Below are positions 1-12,883 of a DNA stretch of 64,000 bases, one piece after another (positions within the stretch are counted from its first letter, which is position 1; every line of letters begins with the position of its first letter). A program made the translations under genes and the position numbers. Source of the DNA: Torpedo marmorata (Eukaryota). The DNA lies in NCBI GenBank assembly GCA_977017645.1, contig OZ360231.1:65720001-65784000 (forward strand). Direction: 5' to 3'. The notes beneath the pieces are model-generated. The model was given only the letters and a program-made list of their open reading frames with translations, was not told where the DNA came from and searched no databases.

Positions 1-142
1 TATTATTCGATACATTAAACTTATCTTTCATTCTTTGAAAAGTAATAAATTTACTAGCTTCAAAACAATCATTTATTTTCTTAATTCCTTTTTGGAACCA
101 AATTTTAAATAATTGATTATCAACAGTAAATGGAATGTTTAT

Positions 143-730
143 TGTAAGAGCCGTAGGCTTAATTACTTACCTTTATCGCGGCTACGATGTCTCGACGGGT
201 TACGGAGAAGTCGTGACGTTTGTAGGCCGTCCTCGGTCTGTTTAGTGTTCTGCGCATGCACTAGAGTGCCGACGGGCGCATGCGCAGTCTGGAATTGACT
301 GCATTGTGCGCGGTGTAGTGTGGGAGGTGTAGTGTGCGCGGGGGAATAGGAGATGGATCATGCGCGAATTGAAAAGAATAGGAAAAAGATGGCGACGTAG
401 GAGGGTGAGTGAGATCGCCATATCTTTTATTGACCGTTTCATAGAACGTTTCATCGAGCTTTTCATTGAACATTTAACTATTTTCTTTGTGGTTTAAAGT
501 CATTTAATTGAGCATCTAAATACAGTCAAAGGAATCATTTAAAGGAACTCATTATACATCGTTATCAAGAACTGTTTATATTTAAGTCATTGAAGATTAC
601 TGCAAGTCACGTGTGTAAATAAAGTTTTTGAACATATTGGACTTTGTTGGTAAATTAATTGAAACGCGTCAAAGACAAGTATCTCACTTAGCCTCCAGGT
701 GACTATTGTTGGATAGAAGTCACCATAATA
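143..730 (+). mobile_element. Solo LTR (588 bp) inserted in L1 ORF2
   Basis: Begins TGTAAGAG and ends CATAATA (probably a decayed ...AACA). 5-bp TSD TTTAT at 138-142 and 731-735. AATAAA near 618. L1 ORF2 resumes seamlessly on both sides. Confidence 0.8.
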
Positions 731-3020
731 TTTATTTTGAGATAAAGACATTTTTGGAGAAATCGACCCTTTCCCTCCTATCTCCCTATCCACTCTATTC
801 CATATTTTTAACAAATGTTTAAAAATAGGAGAATTCTTCCCTTTTGTTAATAATAATTTAGAATTCCATTTATAAATAACTTCTTCTTTCAAATCTTCTC
901 CTATATTATTTAATTCTATTCTAATCCAAGCAGAAGACTTAACTAAATCAAACATTTCATTAACAAATTTTAATTGAGCTGCTTTATAATAATTTTGAAA
1001 ATTAGGAAGTTGCAAACCACCCATTTCATATTTCCAAGTTAACTTCTCCATACCTACTCTAGCCAACTTTCCTTTCCACAAAAACTTCCTAATAATTAAA
1101 TTTAAATCTTTTTAAAATTTCGAAGGGATTTCATAAGGAATTGATTGAAAAAGATATTGAATTCTTGGAAAGACATTCATTTTAATACAGTTTACCCTTC
1201 CTATTAAAGTTATAGGTAAATCCTTCCAACTTTCTAAATCTTTTTTAATTTTCGTAAATAATTTAATTTATATAAATTAGCTAAATTTGTATCGATCTTT
1301 ATTCCCAAATATTTAATTCCTTCCTTTGACCATTTAAATTGTGTAATTTCTTTACATTTACTATAATCCCCTTGTGTCAATGCCATAATTTCAATTTTAT
1401 CAGAATTAATCTTATAACCAGATATTTCCCCATATTCTCTCAATAAAACAGTCAATTGTATTAAAGAAGTAATAGGTTTTGTCATATAAATCAATACATC
1501 ATCTGCAAATAAACTAATTTTATGCTCTTCTCTTCCAACTTTAATACCTGCAATCTTAATATCTTGTCTAATTAATTCTGCCAAAGTTTCTATTGCTAAA
1601 ATAAACAATGCTGGCGACAAAGATCTACCGTAGTTGACCTAGTCAAAGAAAATTTTGAAGAAATTTGTCCATTTGTCACCACTTTAGCAGATGGTACTTC
1701 ATATATAGTTTTAATCCAATTAATAAATGTAGTTCCAAAACCAAATTTCCCCAATACCTTAAATAAATAATTCCACTCTAATCTGTCAAAAGCCTTTTCA
1801 GCATCTAATGTTAATACTAATGCGAGGTCATCTTTTTTTTCCCCACATTAATTAAATTAATTAATCTAGCTATGTTATCTTTTGAATATCTATTCTTAAT
1901 AAAACCAGCTTGATCTACATGAATTAAATCTAGTAAATAATTAGCCACTCTATTTGCTAAAATTTTTGCCATTATCTTATAATCCACATTTAACAATGAA
2001 ATTGGTCTATATGATTCTGTTTTCAACACATCTCTATCTTTTTTAGGTATAACTGTAATTATTGCATTCGAATGAGTTTCCGTTATTTGTTTCAACACAT
2101 CCATATATGGAGGTATCAATAAATCTTTAAACTCCTTATAAAATTCTGATGGGAAACCATCCTCCCCTGGAGATTTACCACTCGTTAAAGAACTAAGAAC
2201 ATCATTAACTTCCCTCATTGAAAAAGACGAGTCTAAAAATTCTTTACTTTGAGTATTTAATCTAGGTAATTTAATTTTAGATAAAAATTCATTAATTTTA
2301 GAATCATATTTATCAATCTGAGATTTATATAAATTCAAATAAAAATCCTTAAAAGAATCATTTATTTCTCGAGGTTTATATGTTATTTTCTTAGAGTTCT
2401 TTTTTATAGCATTTATAGTTCTAGAAGTTTGATCTTTCTTTAATTGCCACGCCAACACTTTATGTGCTCTTTCTCCCAATTCATAATATCTTTGTTCTTT
2501 CAATTAATTTTTCCATTTTATATGTTTGTAACATATTATAATGCAATTTTTTCCCAATTAAATTTTTCCTCTTTTCTTCTGATTTTTTTTGTGGCCTTCT
2601 CCAAAAATTCAATCTCCCTCTCCAAATTATCCACCTCCCGAACATATTCCTTCTTAATTTTTGCTGAATAACTTATTATTTGGCCTCTTAAATAAGCCTT
2701 TAAAGCTTCCCAAATAATAAATTTATTATCTATCGAATTAGAATTAATTTGTAAAAATTCTTGAATTTCTCTTCTTATATAATTACAGAAAATCCATTAT
2801 TTTTAATAAAGAGGAATTAAATCTCCACCTATATGTAGTTTTTTCTTTTTCTGGAATTATACAAGACATTAATAAAGGCGAATGATCAGAAATTATTCTT
2901 GCTGTATAACGTGCTTGTGTTACCCTATCTTGGACTTGTGAAGACAATAAAAACATATCTATCCTAGAATATGAATCATGTCTAAAAGAATAATCTTTTT
3001 CTCTAGGGTTCAATTTTCTC

Positions 3021-3073
3021 AGAATCAGAATCAGAATCAGAATTTATTGTCATGAACAAGTCATGAAATTCGG
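3021..3073 (-). mobile_element. 53-bp 3' tail of a Rex1/L2-type non-LTR element with (ATTCTG)n tail, inserted in the L1 endonuclease
   Basis: TSD TTCTC at 3016-3020 and 3074-3078. Same sequence as 30239-30286. Removing it restores DIWRKLNPREKDY. Confidence 0.85.
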
Positions 3074-3871
3074 TTCTCCAAATATCTATTAATTTTAACT
3101 CTTTTATCAAAATAAGAATTCTTTTAGCAATTTTAGATTTAACAACTGATTGCGATGTTTTATCCATTATCGGATCTAAACAACAATTAAAATCTCCACC
3201 AATTAAAATATTATCATTAGCTTCTGACAAATGCATAAAAGAATCTTGAATAAATTGTTCATCTTCCATATTTGGTACATATATATTCATAAGTGTCCAC
3301 ATCTCTGAATATATCTGACAATATATTAAAACATATCTACCTACCACATCTATAACCACAGATTGTATTTTAAAAGGTAACTTTTTATTAACTAATATAG
3401 CAACTCCTCTTGCTTTAGAATTAAATGAAGATGCAACCACTTGGCCAACTCATTCTCTCTTCAACTTCTGATGTTCTAAATCTGTCAAATGTGCCTCTTG
3501 TAAAAAAGCTATATCTACATTTAACTTTTTAATATATGCTAAAGTTTTCTTCCTTATAATCAGGTTATTTAGCCCATTTATATTAATACTTACTACATTT
3601 ATTGTTTTACTATCCATCATTACTAAATCTTAATAACTCTCTCTCCATCAGATCCACCAGTACCCTCCTCCACATTCGTAATCTATTTGACATCTCCTTA
3701 AAAAGAAAAAGAAAGAAAAAGAAAATACTGGCAAAATTACCCCAGTATTACCCCCCTCCATTACTCTGGAAGTGGCCCTCGCCACTAAGGTGGTATGCGG
3801 CTAGGAAGGAGAAAACAAAAAGTCCACCCCCCACCCCCAACAGATTTTACATAACATTTATTATCATATGT

Positions 3872-5284
3872 TCATTTAGCTTCTTCAAGGTCCTCATGAA
3901 CTTGGTCTTCATCAATCTCGATCTCGGCCTCATCCTCTTTTCCTGAAGTACTTGGCAAAGAAACTTGCGACGGTGAAATATCTTGAACTTGGTGATGTTC
4001 CATCAAATCTTGATCTTTCTTCAAATACGGAAGAGAATTTGCATGTTGGAGCGCTTGTTGACAATCCGTAAAAAAACAAGATTGATTCCCTGTGGACTGA
4101 ACCTTCAAAACCGCAGGATATCTAAACTAAAACTTATACCCCTTATTCCAAAAAATCGCTTTTGCTGAATTAAATTCCTTTCGTTTATTAACTATAACTG
4201 AACTCAAATCAGGGTAAAAGAAAACTCTATTCCCCTGAACCATCAATGGACCATTCTGCGACTTAGCGTTTTGAATAGATAATTTCAATACCTTCTCTTT
4301 ATCCGGATATCGAAGACATTTAACTAAAACTTTGACCAACATATGGTTTCTCCCTACCAACTCTATGTGCTCTCTCTAACTCCAGTCCATACTGAAAATT
4401 ACCAATACCCAGAGCATCTGGAATCCATTTTTGAAAGAATTCAGTCGTATCATACCCTTCGAAATTTTCAGGTAATCCCACAATTTTGATATTGTTCCTC
4501 GGCTCTGATTGTCCAATACATCCAGCTTTTGTAAAAGTTCATTTCTTTGCTGCTCCCAACCTGTAAATTAATCTTCTACTTTATCAACTCTATCTTTATA
4601 ATCCACCATTTCTTCATAATGTTCTTTAACCTCTTTTTCAATTTCTTGAACTTTCACTTTTACTGTATTCATAGTATTTGTCTGTCTTCTCATATCTTGC
4701 TTAATATCTTTCATTTCTTCTTCAATTCCATTCAGTCTAAGTTCCAAACGATATTCTATCGTTGAGATCCTCTTTGTCATGTTATCAATAGCCTTAAGTA
4801 TTTGTTGAGCTACCGATATTTCAATCTCTTCTCCACTTGAATCTTCAGCCTCTCCCTCCATTTCTCCCATTTCTTATTCCATTATTCCTTTCTTCTCTTT
4901 CTTTTTATCTTCTGAATCTGATGAAATTTCAAGTCCCACAACATATTGTAATGATTGTGGGACGTCTCCTTTGCCGTCAGCCTTATCTGACAGCTCCCGT
5001 TGTCTATCGCGCATGTGCACCATTTCGCGCATGCGCGGTTGCTCAGTTGGGATTTGCAGTTTTGTAGTCTTCATTCGCGCACCGGCGCCATTTTCCCCAG
5101 CTCCCCGGGACGGCAGCGCCGGCGCTTCAGTCGCTCTAGGCGCCCTCGTCCGAGTAATTCTAGGAGGGAGAGAAACTTGAACCTGAGGCTCCATCAAGCA
5201 GGTAGGCCAATCTTCTTCTTGAAATAAACTTTGTTGAAGCATTACTTTCCTTGCCTTTTGTTCTTTCGTTTTTCTTGTGGCCAT
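3872..5284 (-). pseudogene. L1 ORF1p (disrupted)
   Basis: ORF pieces 4874-5305, 4568-4870, 4127-4360 and 3872-4108. Coiled-coil heptads and an FFYPDLS...KRKEF CTD motif typical of L1 ORF1p. Confidence 0.85.
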
Positions 5285-6803
5285 TGTTAAGCCTTTAATA
5301 AACACTCTTTAACATGTTTTAAAACTAAATAAAGTATCTTATAAACAGTTTTTGATTAAATCTGTGGGGAGAGGTGTATTTCCACGTCTCCCACCCACGC
5401 CATCAAACCACGCCCCCTCAGTGGCTTATTATTGACAAACAGGAGGATTTTTGCAAGGGGTATTAATTTTTTCTGCTCATTGGCTAACTGCATTGATATT
5501 GTGGTTTAGAAATTCAGTTAAATTGAATTTGTTTTGTTATCAAGAAGTTGATTGCTCAATGTGTAAGTTCACCTTCAGTAGATGGCAGTCTAGGGACAAA
5601 TTTCCTAAACTTTTAAGTATTGCATTGTGTGATAGAACATGGAACATTAAAAAAAAACCCAGAATCATATAGACCAATTTCATTGCTAAATGTGGATTAT
5701 AAGATAATGGCGAAAATTTTAGCAAATAGAGTGGCTAAATATTTACCAGATTTAATCCATGTAGATCGAGCAGGTTTTATTAAGAATAGATATTCAAAAG
5801 ATAATATAACCAGATTAATTAGTTTAATAAATGTGGCACAAAAGAAAGAGGAATTAGCATTAGTATTAACATTAGATGCCGAAAAGGCTTTTGACAGATT
5901 AGAGTGGAATTATTTATTTAAAGTATTGGAAAAATTTGGTTTTGGAACTACATTTATTAATTGGATTAACACTATATATAAAGAACCCTCTGCCAGAGTG
6001 GTGACAAATGGACAAATTTTTCTTGACTAGGTCAACTAGACAAGGATGCCCTTTGTCGCCAGCATTGTTTATTTTAGCAATAGAACCTTTAGCCGAATTA
6101 ATTAGACAAGATATTAAGATTGTAGGTATTAAAGTGGGAAAAGAAGAACATAAAATTAGTTTATTTGCAGATGATGTATTGATTTATATGACAAAACCTA
6201 TTATTTCTTTAATACAATTGAATGTTTTATTGAAAGAATATGGGGAAATATCTGGTTATAAGATTAATTCTGATAAAAGTAAAATTATGGCATTGACACA
6301 AGGAGATTATAATAAATGTAAAGAAATTACACAATTTAAATGGTCAAATGAAGGAATTAAATATTTGGGAATAAAAACAGATACAAAATTAGCCAATTTA
6401 TATAAATTAAATTATTTACCATTATTTATGAATATTAAAAAAGATTTAGAAAGTTCGAAGGATTTACCTATAACTTTAATAGGAAGGGTAAATTGTATTA
6501 AAATGAATGTTTTTCCAAGAATTCAATATCTTTTTCAATCAATTCCTTATGAAATTCCTCAAAAATTCTTCAAAGATTTAAATTTAATTATTAGGAAATT
6601 TTTTTGGAAAGGAAAATTGCTAGAATAGGTATGGAGAAATTAACCTGGGATTACGAAATGGGTGGTTTACAACTTCCCAATTTTCAAAATTATTATAAAG
6701 CAGTTCAATTAAAATTTATTAATGAAATGTTTGATTTAGGAAAATCTTCTGCTTGGATTAGAATAGAATTAAATAATATAGGAGAAGATTTGAAAGAAGA
6801 AGT

Positions 6804-6966
6804 AAACACGAAAATCTGTAGACACCGTAATAATGTAGTAAAAAACACATTTTCTCATACTTTGATGAAGGGCTCAAGCCCGAAACGTCGGTTATGTATT
6901 TCTACCTTTGCTACATAAAAGACACTGTTTGACCTGCTGAGTTCTCCAGCTTTTGTGTTTTTTACT
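6804..6966. mobile_element. 163-bp fold-back PLE pLTR mini-element inserted in L1 copy 2
   Basis: 16-bp TSD ATTTGAAAGAAGAAGT at 6788-6803 and 6967-6982. An inverted pLTR tail is followed by a sense pLTR segment carrying the hammerhead motif. Confidence 0.9.
6862..6889 (+). ncRNA. Minimal type I hammerhead ribozyme motif (C3U variant)
   Basis: TTGATGA-A-GGGC(TCAA)GCCC-GAAAC-GTC. Flanks CATACT and GGTTATG can form stem I; stem III is the palindrome ACGT. Confidence 0.75.
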
Positions 6967-9086
6967 ATTTGAAAGAAGAAGTTATTTATAAATGGAATTC
7001 TAAATTATTATTAAGAGGAGGAAAAAAACTCTCCTATTTTAAAGCACTTGTTAGAAATATGGAATAAAGTGGATAGGGAGATAGGAGGGAAAGGGTTAAT
7101 TTCTCAAAAAATGCCTTTATATCAAAATAAACTTATTCCATTTACTATTGATAATCAATTATTTAAAATTTGGTTCCAAAAGGGAATTAAAAAAATAAAT
7201 GATTGTTTTGAAGCTAGTAAATTTATTACTTTTCAAAGAATGAAAGTGAAGTTTAATATATTAAATAATACACTTTTTGCTTATTATCAAATTAGAGCAT
7301 TTTTAGTTGAAAGGTTGGGTTATAGTTTGGCTTTACTAAGACAAAGTGAACTGGAATTATTAGTTACTAATGGAGGTGTAAATACATTTATTTCTCAAAT
7401 GTATAGATTGTTACAGAGGAAAATGCCTAAATTAGGAATTCATAAATCAAGATTAAAATGGGAATCAGATTTGAATGTAATGATAGATGAAGAACATTGG
7501 AAAGAACTATGTAAACAAAGTATGACGAAGATTATTAACGTTAGATATAGGTTAGTGCAATATAACTTTTTTCATCAATTATATTTAACACCTAAGAAAT
7601 TCAATCCGACATTATCAGGTTTTTTTTTAGATGTAATAGAGAGGAAGGTTCCTTTGTACACTCTACATGGCTTTGTCCAAAGATATATGATTTTTGGTTG
7701 AAAGTTAAAAAGTTTTTAGACAAAGTATTAAGAATTACACTCCCAATGGATCCTATGATATTTTTGTTTGGAGATATTAAAAGAATTAGTATTAAGATGA
7801 GATTAAATATGTATCTAATAGAATTTTTGTGAATTGCTTTAGCTGTTTCTAAGAAATGCATTGCTATTACATGGAAGTCTGATGTAGATTTAGGGTTAGA
7901 GAGATGGCATGCAGAACTTCGTTCAGCTATAGCGCTTGAAAAAGTTACTTATAATTTACGTAATAAATACCATTTGTTTTTGAAAATATGGAGCCCATAT
8001 GTAAAAACTGTTGGCTTAAGGATTTGAAGATCTCTGGATATCAGATCTGACTGGCGAACCTTTGTTCCACAACAAAATTAGCTTATAGTTGTTGTTTTTT
8101 AGATTGACATTCTCCTTACTTTATCTTTTTCTTTCTTTCTTTCTATTTTATTAGAATAGTAGGGGTGGGAGGGTTAGGGAGGGAGGGAGGGGAGGGGGGT
8201 GAAAATATATCACATGTATTTTGATAATTTTGCATTTTACAATATGTATTATCGAGTGATTTTAAAATGTTAAATAAAATATTTTTTAAAATTTAAAAAA
8301 AGAACATGGAACATAGAAATCTACAGCACAGTGTTGTGCCAACCTAATAGCCTGCTCTAACAACTGCCTAGAATTTCCCTACTGCATAACCCTTCATTTT
8401 TCTCAGCTCCATGCATCTATCTAAAAGACTCTTAAAAGATCCTTTTAACCTGCCTCCACCACTGTTGCCGGCAGTGCATTGCATGCACCACCACTCTCAG
8501 TGTGAAAAACATACCTCTTGGATCACCCATGTACTTACTCCCAAGCACCTTTAAAACTATGCCCCCTTGTGTTGGCCATTTCAACCATGGGACAAAGCCT
8601 CTGGCCATACACATGATCAGTGCCTCATCATCTTGTACACCTCTGTCAGAACACCCCTCATCCACCCTCTGCCTTCTCTGGGCAAGCCAGTTCTGTACTA
8701 CAAAGCAAGGCCTCCTTGGATTTCATGCCTCCTTACTTTCTTGCATGGAGAACCTGATCAAATGCCTTAATGAAATCCATATGCACTACATCCACTGCTC
8801 CACCTTCTTCAATGTGCTTTGTTACATCCTCAAAAATTCAATCAGGCTTGTGAGACACAACCCTTCCCTGGCGAAGCCATGCTGACTATCCCTAATCAGA
8901 TTATACCTCTCTAAATGCTTGTAAATCCTGTCTCTCAGGATCTTCTCCAACAGCTTACCCACCACTGAAGAAAGAGTAAATCACGAAAATCTGTAGACAC
9001 CGTGGTTGAAGAAAAACACAAAATGCTGGAGAAGCTCAGCAGGTCAAACAGTGTCCTTTATGTAGCAAAGGTAAAGATACATAACC

Positions 9087-9114
9087 GACGTTTCGGGCTT
9101 GAGTCCTTCATCAA
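9087..9114 (-). ncRNA. Hammerhead motif (C3U) in pLTR, one stem II mismatch
   Basis: Reverse complement reads TTGATGAAGGACTCAAGCCCGAAACGTC. Confidence 0.6.
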
Positions 9115-10174
9115 AGTATGAGAAAATGCCGGCAGGCGTCCGAACTAAAGAGTGGGGGGTGGGGGGGAGGGAGGGGGGTGGCAAAGGCAGGAGATGATAG
9201 GTGGAGAAAGGAGGGAGGGGACAGCAGCACTGAGGGGGAGGAGGGATGGCTAGGTGGGTGGAACAACTGGAAGGACAGGGAAGGGGGGAGGGGAGAGAAA
9301 AGGTGAGCAGGTTTAGTGGAAAGCGGAAAAGTCAATGTTAATGCCATCTGGCTGGAGAGTGCCCAGACGAAAAAGAAGGTGTTGTTCCTCCAATTTGCAG
9401 GTGGTCTGGGTGGGATAGTACATAAGGGCATGGACAGACATGTGAGTGTGGGAGTGTGACTTGGAATTGAAATGGTTGGCTACTGGGAGGTCGCTGTTGT
9501 TGCGGACGGAGAGGAGGTGCTCAGCGAAGCGATCTCCCAATCTACGACCAGTCTCTCCGATGTAGAGAATGCCACAAAGGGAGCACCGGATGCAGTAAAT
9601 AGGTCCTCTGGATGTACAAGTGAAGTTATGCTTCACTTGAAAGGCCTGTTTGGGGCCCTGGACCGTGGTGAGGGAGGAGGTGTGGGCGCAAGTATTGCTC
9701 CTCCTGCGGGCACAGGGGAAGGTGCTGGGGGTGCGATAGGTGGGGAGGGATGAGGGCACGAGGGAATTGCGGAGGGAGCGGTCCCTGCGGAAGGCCAAGA
9801 GGGGAGGAGAAGGAAAAATGTGTCTGGTGGTGGGATCCTGTAATAAGTGCCAGAAATTCCAACGGATAAAGTGTTGGATGCCGAGGCTGGTGGGGTGGTA
9901 GGTGAGGATGAGGGGGTTTCTATGTTTGTTGTGTCTGGGGGCAGAGGTGGCCAGGGCAGATGAGCAGGAAATGGAGGAGATGCGGGTGAGGGCTGAGTTG
10001 ATAGTGGTGGAGGGGAAGCCACGTTTGTGGAAGAAGGCAGACATTTTGGAAGATCTGGACTGGAAGACCTCATCTTGGGAACAGATGTGGCGGAGACGGA
10101 GAAATTGAGAGAAGGGGATGGTATCCTTGCAGGGGTCAGGGTGTGAGGAAGAGTAGTCCAGGTAGTTGTGGGAG

Positions 10175-10843
10175 ATAAAAGTAAATTACGAAAATCTGTA
10201 GACACCGTGGTTGAAGTAAAAACACAAAATGCTGGAGAAGCTCAGCAGGTCAAACAGTGTCCTTTGTGTAGCAAAGGTAAAGTTACATAACTGACGTTTC
10301 AGGCTTGAGCCCTTCATCAAAGTATGAGAAAATGCCAACAGGCGTCCGAACAAAAGAGTGAGGGGGGGAAGGGAGTGTCAAAGGCAGGAGATGATAGGTG
10401 GAGAAAGGAGGGAGGGGACAGCAGCAATAAGGGGGAGGATGGATGGCTGGGTGGGTGGAAGGACAGGGAAGGGGGGAGGGGAAAGAAAAGGCAAGCAGGT
10501 TTAGTGGAAATCAGAAAAGTCAATGTTAATGCCATCTGGCTGGAGAGTGCCCAGACGGAAAATAAGGTGTTGTTCCTCCAATTTGCAGGTGGTCTGGGTG
10601 GGATAGTACATAAGGCCATGGACAGACATGGGAGTGTGACTCGGAATTGAAATGGTTGGTAACTGGGAGATTTCTGTTGTTGCTGACGGGGAGGAGGTGC
10701 TCAGCGAAGTGATCTCCCAATCTACGACCGGTCTCTCTGATGTAGAGAATGCCACAAAGGGAGCACTGGATGCAGTAAATATGTTCTCTGGATGTACAAG
10801 TTGATGGACGTCAGGTGGGTGTAGAGGCGGGAGTTGAACGCGT
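10175..10843 (-). mobile_element. Second 5'-truncated PLE (EN plus pLTR) nested in the same-family PLE
   Basis: The host RT reading YYKPSNS|HNYLDY is interrupted here. The insert has its own GIY-YIG end, pLTR and hammerhead motif at 10293-10320. Confidence 0.75.
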
Positions 10844-12119
10844 GGAGTTAGAGGGTTTGTAGTATATGTCGGTGGAAAGCTTGTCTCCCGAGATGGAGAC
10901 TGAGAGATCCAGGAAGGGGAGAGTGTTATCGGAGATGGACTAGGTGAGTTTAAGATCAGGGTGCATGAGGCAGCCCCGATATAGTCATCGATATACCGGA
11001 GGAAGAGTTGAGGGGTCTTGCCTGTGTCGGCTTGCAGCATGGATTTCTCCACAAAGCCCACAAACAGGCAGGCGTAGCTGGGATCCATGCGGGTACCCAT
11101 AGCTACTCCTTTGATTTGGAGGAAGTGAGATGAGTTAAAGGAGGTTATTTAGAGTGAGGACAAGTTCTGCCAGGCGGAGGAGGGTGGTGGTAGAGGGTGA
11201 CTGGTCGGGTCTTTGGTCCAGGAAGAAGCGAAGTGATTTGAGACCTTCTATGTGGGGGATGGAGGTATAAAGGGATTGGACGTCCATCGTGAAGATGAGG
11301 CGGTCCGGTTCGGGGAATCTAAAGTCATTGAAGAGATGGAGGGCATGTGAGGTGTCACGGATGTAGGTGGGGAGGGATTGGACCAGGGGAGAAAAGATGG
11401 AGTCAAGGTAAGATGAAACTAGTTTGGTGGGGCAGGAGCAGGCAGAAACAATGGGTCTGCCCGGATGGTTGGGTTTGTGTATCTTGGTAGAAATGGGCAG
11501 TGCGGGGGTGGGAGAGAATGAGGTTGGTGGCCGTGGAGGGGAGGTGACCAGAGGTGATAAGGTTGGAGATGGTGTTGGAGACAGTGGCTTGATATGTAGT
11601 GGTGGGGTCCTGTGGGAGGGGTCAGTAGGAGGAGGTGTCTGAGAGCTGTCGACTGGCCTCGGCAAGGTAGAGGTCAGTGCGCCAGACCACCACCGCACTG
11701 CCCTTGCCTGCGGGTTTGATGATGAGGTTGGGATTGTTGCGGAGAGAGTGGAGGGCATAGCGTTCTGAGGAGGTGAGGTTGGAATACGAGAGGGGGGTGG
11801 TAAAGTTGAGACGGTTGATATCTCGGCGGCAGTTGGAAATAAAAAGGTCCAGAGCGGGTAGCTGGCCAGAACAAGTTGTCCAGGAAGAGGAAGAAGGCTT
11901 GAAGCGGGAGAAAGGATCTTGGGTGGGAGGGGGGTGGAGAGTCACGGTCATGGAAGTGAGCCCGGAGGCGACGGAAGAAGAGTTTGGCGTCGCGGCATGC
12001 ACGTAAGTGTTGAATTCCCTCCCTCCTTTCTCCACCTATCATCCACTGCCTTTGCCACCCCCTTCCCCCCCCCACCCCCCACACTTTTGTTTGGACGCCT
12101 GCCGGCATTTTCTCATACT

Positions 12120-12147
12120 TTGATGAAGGGCTCAAGCCCGAAACGTT
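12120..12147 (+). ncRNA. Hammerhead motif (C3U, GUU site) in the inverted pLTR
   Basis: TTGATGAAGGGCTCAAGCCCGAAACGTT. Confidence 0.65.
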
Positions 12148-12613
12148 GGTTATGTATCTTTACCTTTGCTACATAAAGGACACTGTTTGACCTGCTGAGC
12201 TTCTCCAGCATTTTGTGTTTTTACTGAAGTAAGAGTCACTGGTCCAAAATGTCTTGGGTTATCTCTACTCCCTTTCTGGAACAGGAGAACAACATTTGTA
12301 ACCCTCCAATCTTGCGGTACTTATCCTGTCCCTAGTGAAGATGCGAAGATCTTGTTTTCCATAGTAGCCTTGGGTAAATCATGTCTGGTCCTGGTGACTT
12401 ATCTAACTTCATGCTTTTTAAAAGCTCCAACAGATCCTCTTTCTTGCTGTCAATATGCTCAAGCGTTTCAGGCTGCTTTAAGTTATCCTCACAATTGCTT
12501 CGGACCTTTTCTTTGGTAAATACCGGAGCAAAGTATTCATTAAGGATATACTGTCTGCTGAAAGGCTGAATTATCATTAATACTAATTTTATCACTAAAA
12601 TAAAAGATTATAA

Positions 12614-12883
<270 letters not shown>

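Larger units (their letters stand above)
1..5419 (-). mobile_element. Near full-length L1 LINE (copy 1), degenerate, runs off the left window edge
   Basis: 5' end GAGGGGGCGTGGTTTGATGGCG (reverse complement at ~5419). ORF1 fragments (coiled coil, RRM-like, CTD), then ORF2 fragments: APE endonuclease (KARGVAIL, GGDFN, YSRIDMFL, SDHSP) and RT (KSPGEDG, YRPISLLNVDYKI, LFADD). Confidence 0.95.
5648..8300 (+). mobile_element. 5'-truncated L1 (copy 2): ORF2 RT to C-terminus, 3' UTR and A-tail
   Basis: ORFs 5620-6030, 6008-6628 and 7048-7701 (LDAEKAFD, TRQGCPLSP, LFADD). G-rich 3' UTR and AATAAA. 14-bp TSD AGAACATGGAACAT at 5634-5647 and 8301-8314. Confidence 0.95.
8978..12222 (-). mobile_element. 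Penelope-like element (Neptune-type): RT plus GIY-YIG endonuclease, with an inverted pLTR at its 5' side
   Basis: RT motifs KIHKPNHPGRPIVS, TMDVQSLYTSIPH, MGTRM.PSYA and RYIDD; Cys linker; IYCIRC..YIGET GIY-YIG (9313-10044). 14-bp TSD ACTGAAG(A/T)AAGAGT at 8964-8977 and 12223-12236. Inverted pLTR at ~12015-12222. Confidence 0.92.
8301..12550 (-). mobile_element. CR1 LINE remnant (8301-8977 and 12223-~12550), split by a PLE
   Basis: AGAACAT-type tail repeats. ORF 12332-12595 ILNEYFAPVFTKE...KSPGPDMIYPRLL is CR1 RT-upstream sequence. Confidence 0.8.

Noticed and set aside
180-470. CpG-rich segment as the true DCAF6 promoter/exon 1
   Set aside because: It does not encode the expected N-terminus (ATG GCG ACG TAG stops at once), and it lies inside a TSD-flanked LTR within an L1.
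9633-10205. Pro/Ser-rich alternative-frame ORFs in PLEs
   Set aside because: They are by-products of the C-rich PLE coding strand overlapping the real RT/EN frame.
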